A stretch of 64,000 nt of DNA from Octopus sinensis. Lineage: Eukaryota. The stretch covers positions 74,524,001-74,588,000 of the forward strand of contig NC_043008.1 in NCBI RefSeq assembly GCF_006345805.1, read 5' to 3'. Of this stretch, positions 54,545 through 64,000 are shown one piece after another (positions within the stretch are counted from its first letter, which is position 1; the number at the start of each line of letters is the position of its first letter). The notes under the pieces were generated by a model that worked only from the letters and a program-made list of their open reading frames with translations, ran no database searches and was not told the origin of the DNA. A program made the position numbers and the translations under genes.

Positions 54545-56408
54545 CTGCTGATGTAAAAATTTCATGTGGCATTTTCCAGAGTGTCTCACTATCACCACTC
54601 CTCTTTTGTTTTGCCTTATTACCTCTCAAAATTGCTCAATGACGCACAGTACGGATATAAAATGTTTGATAAAAATATAAATCCTCTCATTTACATGGAT
54701 GATTTAAAGCTCTTTGCAAAAATGACCAACAACTCAAGAGCTTACTAGCGATTGTTAAACAATTCAGTGATGACATCAGAATGCAATTTGGCCTCGGTAA
54801 ATGTGCAAAAGCTTCCTTTATCGAAGGGAAAAATGACAGAAACATCTAACGCTAACCTTGGCCAGCAGAATGTCATAAAAGAGTTACACCCAGCGGAGAG
54901 CTACAAGTACCTAGAGGTAATTGAAAGGGACGGAATAAGGCATTCAGTGATGAAGGAAAGGATCAGGAGAGAATGTTATCGCAGAGTAAGAGCAATACTC
55001 AAGACAGAGCTAAATGCGAGAAACAGGATCCAGGCGATCAATGCTTTAGCCATACCAGTTGAGACTTACAGTTTCAATATTGTTAACTGGTCAATTACTG
55101 AAATATATAATCTTGACAGAAAAATACGAAAACTGTTCACAATGCATAGAATGCACCAACCTAAGGCAGATATAGAACGACTTCATCTGCCAAGAAAAGA
55201 GGGAGGCCGTGGACTTTTACAACTGGCAATAACAATGAAGATTTCTACAATTGGCCTAGACACCTACCTGAAAAACTCTGAGGACTGGATGTTAAAACTT
55301 GTCTCAAAACATGAAAATAAGAAAGCATCATTCTCAGTAACAAACAGGCAAAGGACTATCTAAGTGAATTCAGAATACAACAAATTTCGGAATTAGACAT
55401 ACAAGAAACAAGCACAGAAAAAGCTAATCGCATGAAAACCCGTGCTAAAACTGCTGCCTTAGATATTCTGATTGATAAATGGCAAGAAAAAGCTCTCAAT
55501 GGCAAATACGCAAGGAGAGTGAATAATGCTGATGTTGACAAAGCCCTGACCCATCAATGGCTAATGGCCTCTGGCTTAAAATCTGAAACAGAAGGTTTAT
55601 CATAGCAGCTCAAGATCAATGCCTACTTACAAGGAACTACCAGGCCAACATATTAAACAACGGCAGTAGCGCAACATGTCGTGTATGTCAACAACAAAAT
55701 GAAACCATTGATCATGTTGTTTCCAAGTGCAGTCTTCTTGCACCTACAGAGTATCTCAACAGGCATGATAGAGCTGCACAATATATTCACTGGGTAATTT
55801 GCAAAATCCTGGACTTGCCCCATGATAAAAACTGGTGGGAACACAAACCACCTCCAGTGCTTGAAAATGATCACATCTCACTCCTATGGAACTTCACCAT
55901 TCAAACTGACAGAAAGATAGATGCAAATAGGCCAGACATTATATTGAAAGATTTCAGACAAAAAGCATGTCTCCTCATTGATATGACTGTCCCATTCGAT
56001 ATAACCGTATCTGTCAAGACCTACCAAAAACTGAGCAAATATAAAGATCTTGAAATAGAAATCAGCATAATGTGGAACCTGAAGAATGTTGTAATAGGTG
56101 CCCTGGGAATGATAGCAAAAGGGACTGATTGCTACCTAACTCAGATACCAGGAAACCCCCAAAATGGCAGAAAATCAAAAGATAGTGCTCATGGGAACTG
56201 CTCATATCCTACGCAAAATACTTTCTTTGTAATCACAAGTTTTAAAACAAACATAATTTTCGTATGGTTTTTTTAGACATTCACTGGTACAACAGTAAGT
56301 ACAAAACCAAATATATGGCACCCTACGCATAGTACCAGCAAGAACTTCCAACTTGTTGTCTCTTGAGGTCTCTGGGTGAGACTTGGAGCCAAAAGTCAAA
56401 CATGGAAT
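54545..56408 (+). mobile_element. R4/Dong-type element, 5'-truncated within RT (family A)
   Basis: 'LIYMDDLKLFA', 'LHLPRKEGGRGL', CCHC knuckle, 'NRPDII...LIDMTVP'; (TAA)n on both sides. Confidence 0.93.
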
Positions 56409-56424
56409 GATAATAATAATAATA

Positions 56425-56463
<39 letters not shown>

Positions 56464-56465
<2 letters not shown>

Positions 56466-56780
56466 CAGTGATCGTAGGAGCACTAGGAATGATCAAGAAG
56501 GGAACGGAAAATTATATGAGAATGATCCCGGGCTTACCATCCCTGCAAGAAGTGCAAAAGATTGTCTTAACTAGTACATCACACGTACTGAGATGAGCAT
56601 TGTCGATGTGAGAACTATTACTACCCATGTATTTTAATTTAACTGTATTTCTATCAAAAAAAATGAACGAACTAGTGAGTTTAGTTTAATGGCCTACCAA
56701 TGTATACTATGAGTTTCTTTGCCCTAGGAGTCGGAAAGACACTCGGCAAGAAATGGAAGCAAATTTAAAAGAAGAAGAAA
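56464..56780 (+). mobile_element. Very short R4/Dong-type 3' end
   Basis: 'PVIVGALGMIKKG...LQEVQKIVLTSTSHVLR' plus UTR, between (TAA)n tracts. Confidence 0.85.
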
Positions 56781-56788
56781 AACCCATA

Positions 56789-56870
<82 letters not shown>

Positions 56871-56878
56871 TAATAATG

Positions 56879-56931
<53 letters not shown>

Positions 56932-56984
56932 TACCAAAAACATGTGGAGATGGTCAAGAAACAATAAATCATCTTATCTCTGTC

Positions 56985-57548
56985 TTCCCATTCCTGTCGA
57001 AGAAGGAATATATTCACAGACACCACAGAGCTTGGACCTACATACACTGGAAGCTATGCCAATGCTATAGTTTAAGAACAGAAAAAAGATGGTATAAGCA
57101 CACGTCAGAAAAGTTCACAGAAAACGAGAAAGCAACCATACTCTGGGATATGCCAATACACACAGATAGAGAAATTAAGGCCAACAAACCAGATATAGTT
57201 GTCAGAGATCATGAAGAAACAAAATGCTTTCTAACTGACGTATCAATACCGGCAGATGACAACGTTTCTCTAAAAGAAATGGAGAAACTTTCAAAATACA
57301 AAGACCTGGAAATAGAGGTAACTCGAATGTGGAATCTAAAAGCAGAAACAATTCCTATCATAGTAGGTACATTAGGCATGATAAAAAATATTCAGACAAA
57401 TACATAACAAAAACACCAGGACTTACAAACACATATAGCATACAGAAAATTGCACTACTAGGCACTGCACACATCCTACGCAGAACACTTTCAATACAGT
57501 AGCCATCAGAGCATCACAAGAAATCACAGCACATACGCATTAAATATG

Positions 57549-57621
<73 letters not shown>

Positions 57622-57883
57622 GGTGCATTAGGCATGATAGGTGCATTAGTAGGTGCATTAGGCATGATAAAAAAATATTCAGACAAATACATAACAAAAA
57701 CACCAGGACTTACAAACACATATAACATACAGAAAATTGCACTACTAGGCACTGCACACATCCTACGCAGAACACTTTCCATACAATAACCATCAGAGCA
57801 TCACAACAAATCACAGCACATACCCAAGGCACACAGAGCTGCGCTCGGTAGTGAAGCGAAAGCACGCTATAAAAATAAAACTA

Positions 57884-57948
<65 letters not shown>

Positions 57949-58005
57949 CTGCGCTCGGTAGTGAAGTGAAAGCACATTATAAAAATAAAACTACTGAATA
58001 ATAAT
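56985..58005 (+). mobile_element. Three successive 3' fragments of family B, separated by (TAA)n
   Basis: 56985-57535 (RLE ORF 57150-57407), 57621-57890 and 57950-58005, each matching the inverse of 22581-23170. Confidence 0.9.
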
Positions 58006-58939
58006 AATAACGATGATGATGATGATGATGATGTCGTCGTCAAAGTTTTCCACAAGTGCAGCAATTTTTCATATCGATCTCAATGGTACTTATTTCATCG
58101 ACTCCGAAAAAGATGACAGGGCAAAGTCGACCTGAATAATAGTAATATTTTGCTCAATACCACAGATTTACTTATCAGTTGCTTGATCTTAACCAGTTCA
58201 GCATGTCCCTTGGTGGCTGACAATATGTACATCTCTGACCATGAGAACAAGTGGGGAAGCATAATAGGCATATGTTGAGAGGAATTCTTTGGGATTTGAA
58301 TAATACATCTGTGGAAACACGGGTGTTTCATTCATCATCCTCAAACAAACCTTATTCAGACACCTTTTGAGCGGATTGGGCCTGATGAAAATTCTAGCGC
58401 TGTAACAACAACAGCAATGACAACGACGACAACAACAATAACTGCGCGCCATAGTAAAACGTGCCTTAAAATGTAAACATACGGGTTGCAATAACTCTAT
58501 ACCGAAACTACGAATTTGTGAGTTAATCTTTAATTACACATGCATCCCTACCATATACACATTGCTTTGTACACATGCACATTGTATAATATGCATATCC
58601 TTTATACATATGCACATTACAATTTCTCGGTTTCTCTCTTATACATTAATAATAATTATTATGTTTATATCAAACACACACGGACGCGTACAAAACAAAC
58701 ACCGAATGTATGGCATTTAAATTGTTTTGACAAAAGAGGTGTCAAGCTCCATTCCTTCCAAACAGTAGAAAGGAGCAATTCTTGTCGGTGTTCGGTGGCA
58801 AAGCTATAATTAAGGATTAAAGAATAGCGGTGGATTTTGTCCTGTAAGCCTCGAGCAATCACGATACGAAAGAACCTTCTAAACGCGTCCAGAGTCGGTG
58901 TTCTGTCAAAACGTTAAAGATGTAAAGACGGATTCATCA

Positions 58940-59220
58940 CTTAACGTCACTACCCAAACGAATAAAAAACCAAAAAAGAACAGTGGACAGGTGATGACGA
59001 CTACAATGAAGTGATATGCGCATACTACAATGCAACATTATGCCCAAACCCTATGCATAAAATACCCAATAAAGTGGACAAACCCCACTATGCTATACAG
59101 GTCCGATATCCAACAGAAAAACACAACTCGCACTATACATACAGCATAGTACAAACACTAATACAACAGAAGATCATAACAAAACATACAAAGCCTACAA
59201 TTCTCCCAAAATGACAAAAA
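58940..59220 (+). mobile_element. R4/Dong-type N-terminal fragment
   Basis: 'WT.DDYNEVICAYYNA' resembles the N-terminal motif seen at ~59480. Confidence 0.5.
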
Positions 59221-59289
59221 AACAATGCTGCACACACCTCAGCAGCACGAAAGTGATGTAATGGAAACTTAACTGAAACAATTCGAATA

Positions 59290-62200
59290 ATAATGTCGAA
59301 TAATAAGAGTGGTAATAATGATGGTATCACGAGTTTGCACAGACGTTCTGGTAGTGACAGCGAAAATGAGACTGAGCCCTTAAGGGAAGATCTCTCGTCC
59401 GGTAGTGGCTCTGTGCAGATACAGCCTGACTGCAGCTGTTATCCTAAGATAGCATCAGCAGATAATAGAGTACAGTAAAGGAAGTGGACCAGCGAAGAAT
59501 ATAAGATAGCGGTGCAGAGCTACTTAGAAAGTAAACCTAAAATGAGGGGTTGTAGAAAATGGGATGTTAACACTTTGGGTAGAGACGGGTATGTATCAAG
59601 TAATTGAACAGAGACTTGTAGACAAGGATAATGCTATTAGAAGAAGAAAGTGGATGACACAAATGGAGGTGGAAGAGATCACAAGAGGACTGGAAAAAAG
59701 ACCAAGCAGTAGAATAGCCAAACATGAGAGATACAGTTCAAACCAGAGAACCAGAGGAGAAAATAATAATAGCACTATTGATTAGGAAGGGACAACTGGC
59801 ACCAGCGACTTAAGTGACTTAAGTGAAGAAGATCAGAAGATTGTAGATGAGTTACAGTAAGTAATGTATAAAGAAAAAAGAAAAAGATTACCACCATTAA
59901 AAGGTGCCAATAGATGGAAGTTGCTAGATATGACTAGGAATTTTGTTCTCAGTGGGATATATACAAAAAATATAGGGGACACTAACTTATTTGATCTATG
60001 CAGGAGGAGTAGTAATTACTAGAAGATTAGGTATACCTATAGGAAAGATTAAGAAAGAGCAAATATGGAGATGGAGATTAGAAACTAAAGTAAAGACTAA
60101 GACAATATCTGAGTAGAATAGATGTCTGGAAACTGAACCAGTTACGAAATACAAGATTTAAATCTTTCCTTGAGGAAACATATTTAGTCAAAGAGATTTG
60201 GGATAGTCATAGAAAAGTTGCTGTATGTCATAAAAGTAGCAGGTAAGCTTTCCAGATATCAGAAACAAATAGATCAGTATCAACAAATAGATTGAGACAG
60301 ACGTGAGATTTTATAGCCAATAAATAGTGTAGAAGAAAGTACTGGAGATAAGAAACCTAATGAAGAAGAAGCTAGAAAGTTCTGGAGTAATATGTGAGAT
60401 GAGCCAATCAATCATAATGGAGATGTAGCATGGTTAATTAAAGTAAAAGTAGTCAGTGGGAAATCTAAAGCTAAGACTACCTTGTGCATTAATGAGTAAA
60501 GTGCTGGGGAAAATGCCGAATTGAAAGGGCCCAGGATCAGATTTATTTCAAGTATACTGATTAAAGCAATTTAGTAGCTTACATGGGAGGCTGAGGACAC
60601 AACTTCAGGATTTCCTGAATGGCGGAGTAATACCAGATTGGATGACCAAAAGAAGAACAGCACTCCTTATGAAAGACAAAAGCAAGAGCAATATGCCTAG
60701 TAATTATAGACCAATCAGTTGTTTACAATTAGTGTGTAAACTGTTAACAGGAATGCTCTCAGAAAGCCTTTACGGGCAACTTGACAACCAGAATTTGCTG
60801 ACAAAAGAACAGAAAGGTTGCAGAAAGAAGATTAGAAAAAAGTCAATTCTATAAAACACAGGCAAAGCAGTACTAAAAGAAGTGAAATATAGAAAGAAAA
60901 ATTTAACAAGGCATCGAAAGTTTATAAAAAAGCCTGTGATATGTTTCCATAATCATGGATAAGTAAATATTTCAGTATATTTAGTATTGCAGACAACATA
61001 AGAGAATTAATTAGCTTTAGCATGAAGTAATGGAATGTAGATCTCTATTCAAGTGACACAGCCTTAGTGAAATTTAATATTAAGAGAGGAGGTTCCCACG
61101 GAGACACGTTATCGTCTTTAATACTTGTGTTATGCTTAAATCCCTCCGGTATAGTTTTAAGAAAGGCAAACACAAATTATCAGTTTAGAGATAATAAACA
61201 AAGAATTAACCATTTGTTCTGCATGGATGGTCTAATGCTTTTAGTAAGAATATAAAAAAGATGCACTCTTTAATAGAACTATAAGACACTTCAGCACACA
61301 TACATGGTTTTGACATAGATAAGTGCGCAATATTAGTAAAAAGAAAAGTGGGGAGAGGTAGTCAGTCGTGAAGGCATTGGGTTACCAGATTTCCAGACAT
61401 TAAAATCTCTGAAAGAAGGAGAATGTTATACAATCTAGAAATATTAGAATCTGACAGAGTACTAATTACAGAAATGAAAACAAAAATTGAGGAGAATATC
61501 GGAAGGTTGAGGAAGCTAATGAAGCCAAAGCTACGCGTCCGAGTGTAGTGAAAGCTGTAAGTAGTACTTGGGCAGTATCGTTACATAAATTCAGTAGCTT
61601 TAGTAGATTGGGAAAAATCTGAATTAACAAATCTAGAGAGAAGAACAAGGAAAAAATTCAATATGAATGGAAGACTTCACCCAAGAGCAGGAGTAGCAAG
61701 ATTTTACTAACCTAGAAAAGAAGGAGGTAGAGAGTTACCATCAGTAGAATACGTGGTGTTCGCTAGAGTAGATATAGCCTCCTATGTAGGTAATAGTGAA
61801 GGAAGTTTAAGATGCTAGATTAACAGCAGTAGAAAGGGAAACCAAAAATCCAAGCAAAGTTAAAAACCAGAAGAGAGAAGAAAGGGAAGGCTTTGCATGA
61901 TAGATTCCCAAAGAAAATCGCATGAAATAGTGATAGTGAGACTAGGATATGGCTTCGGAAAGAAGTCTGAAGAGGGAGACAGAAAGTTTGTTGGTAGCAT
62001 CATAAGATCAGGCATAGAAGACAAATTGGATAAAAGCCAAGAGAGACAAAGACCAGATAGCTTCCCGATGTAAATTTTGTAAATCAAAAGAGGTAAGTGT
62101 TACTCATATAGTAAGTCAATACAGTATGCTGGCACAGAAAGAATACAAGAAAAGACATGACATCCTAAGGAGAATATACTACTTGGAGTTATGTAGAAAG

Positions 62201-62630
62201 CTAGAATTTGAGCGTACTGATAAATGGTATAAACATGAACTTAGTAAAGTGATAGACTGTAAGAAATATAAGATGTTGTGGGGTTTTAACATTCAGACTG
62301 GCAGAGTAGCAGAAGCTAGAAGGCCTGATTTAGTAGTAGTAGATAAAGAGAATAGAAAGTTGTAGATAATTGACTTGAGAGTCCCAAATGACGACAAAGT
62401 CAATATGAGAGATATAACTATTGAGTTACAGAGGCTATGGAAATTGCGAGTAAAATGTATCCCTGTAGGTATAAATTTGAACAGATCGATTGAGGCGTAA
62501 AGCCTTGAGTAGTACAGCTCCAGTAAACAATGTTATTAGGGATAGCAAGGATAATTAGAAATGTCTTAGAATCTAAGGTTACTTGTAGCCCGATGTTTGG
62601 AACATGTATTTTCCAAAAGTCTAATCTAAT
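59290..62630 (+). mobile_element. Near-full-length, heavily decayed R4/Dong-type element (family F)
   Basis: 'KWTSEEYKI..QSYLES.PKMRG', 'SNYRPISCL', 'EQKGC', 'HGDTLS', 'NHLFCMDGL', 'YKKRHD' and 'RRPDLVVVDK'; ends in (TAA)n. Confidence 0.9.
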
Positions 62631-62642
62631 GTGCGTATATGT

Positions 62643-62700
<58 letters not shown>

Positions 62701-62711
62701 GTAATAATCAA

Positions 62712-63248
62712 TGACCTGATGCAGTACCAGGCAGTGGCTCACATGGCTTCTGATCTTAACTGATTGGAAGTGTTATCATGTACATTGTTTTGTCTTGGTA
62801 CAAAAGATGGGCTACAGCAAATATTCTGCTCAATACCACAGATTTCCTTGTCAGTTGCTTGACCTTAACCAGTTGAGCATGTCCCTTAGTGGCTGACGAT
62901 ACGTGCATCTCTGATCACTAGCATAAGTAGTGGGAAAGAATCATAGCCATGTGTTGAGGAAAATTCTTTGGGGTTTGGATAATTCACCTTCGGAACCATG
63001 GGTGTTTTGTTCAACATCCTTAAACAATCCTTATTCAGAAACCTTTTGAGTGGGATGGGCTACACGACCTGAAGAAAATTCTAATTGGGCCCCACCTGCA
63101 AGGTCATGCGGTGTTAATCTTGGTATGAGATCACCATATCATGCATGTGACTGGTGTCCCTTATCAAACAGGTAGTGACGATGGATATACTGGGCTTCGT
63201 ATATTTTACCCCAGTGTCACTTTGATGGCATGCAGTGCTCTCTCACTC

Positions 63249-63250
<2 letters not shown>
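62712..63250 (+). mobile_element. ~540-bp non-coding (TAA)n-flanked repeat
   Basis: Inverse of 26254-26735; (TAA)n on both sides. Confidence 0.85.
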
Positions 63251-63279
<29 letters not shown>

Positions 63280-63280
63280 G

Positions 63281-63415
<135 letters not shown>

Positions 63416-63417
63416 GT

Positions 63418-64000
63418 TCAAGGCTACTGGATCAAAAAATCTGGTGATTGTCATACACGAATAGCTGCACAACTGAACACCTTAAATGCCGTCCAAGTAA
63501 CACCAAAGTGGTAGACAATGGGTAGGACACTGCATCGCTTGAAAAATATCGAAAAAGGAAATACGGTAGACAATTACAGGCCGATATCCTAGTTGTCATA
63601 GGAAATTATTGACTGAAATAGTCGCAGAGTCAATGTACGGACATCTGGGGGAAAATGGAGTCATGACACATGAGCAGAAGGGTTGCAAGCGTAAGTGCAT
63701 ATGTACTAAGGATCAAGTCCTGGTAGACAAAACTGTACGTAGAGACTGCAAGAGGATGGAAACTAACTTGGGTATGTCATGGATCGATTATCAAGAACCG
63801 CCAACAAAAAATGAACCACTTATTATTCATGGATGATCTTAAACTTTATGGTAAAATTGAAACCCAAGTCAGTTCCCTCTTTGATACGGTGTATACTTTC
63901 AGTGCGATGTCAGAATGGAGTTCGGACAAAAATGTGTGGTGTGTTAGTCTTGAAGAGAGGCAAAATCAAATGTATAGTCGGGCTAGCGATACCGTCGGGC
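63418..64000 (+). mobile_element. R4/Dong-type RT fragment (family C), runs off the window
   Basis: 'NYRPIS', 'HEQKGC..K...TKDQ', 'LLFMDDLKLYG'; 63860-64000 matches 35200-35340. Confidence 0.88.

Overview
AT-rich, microsatellite-saturated eukaryotic DNA with no securely identifiable host gene. The repeat families look like those of an octopus genome (my recognition, not checked). Nearly all ORF-track entries are microsatellite read-throughs or transposon fragments. Contents: (i) a near-full-length, frameshifted Penelope-like element (PLE; RT + GIY-YIG) at ~0.7-4.1 kb and a 5'-truncated PLE with ~417-bp inverted pseudo-LTRs at 23.4-24.9 kb; (ii) about nine type I hammerhead-ribozyme (HHR)-like motifs from several sequence families, mostly in short fold-back elements in or near (TA)n, including core variants and long stem-II inserts; (iii) strand-polarised piles of R4/Dong-type RLE non-LTR retrotransposon fragments strung along (TAA)n (21.6-29.6 kb minus; 35 kb and 54-64 kb plus); (iv) a complete but dead DD37D (maT) Tc1/mariner, a truncated Tc1, a Helitron with PIF1 remnant and a hAT-like terminus; (v) many SINEs; (vi) an unexplained, highly diverged ~340-bp tandem array at 30.8-31.9 kb. 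Boundaries of decayed elements are approximate, and all structures were read by eye.
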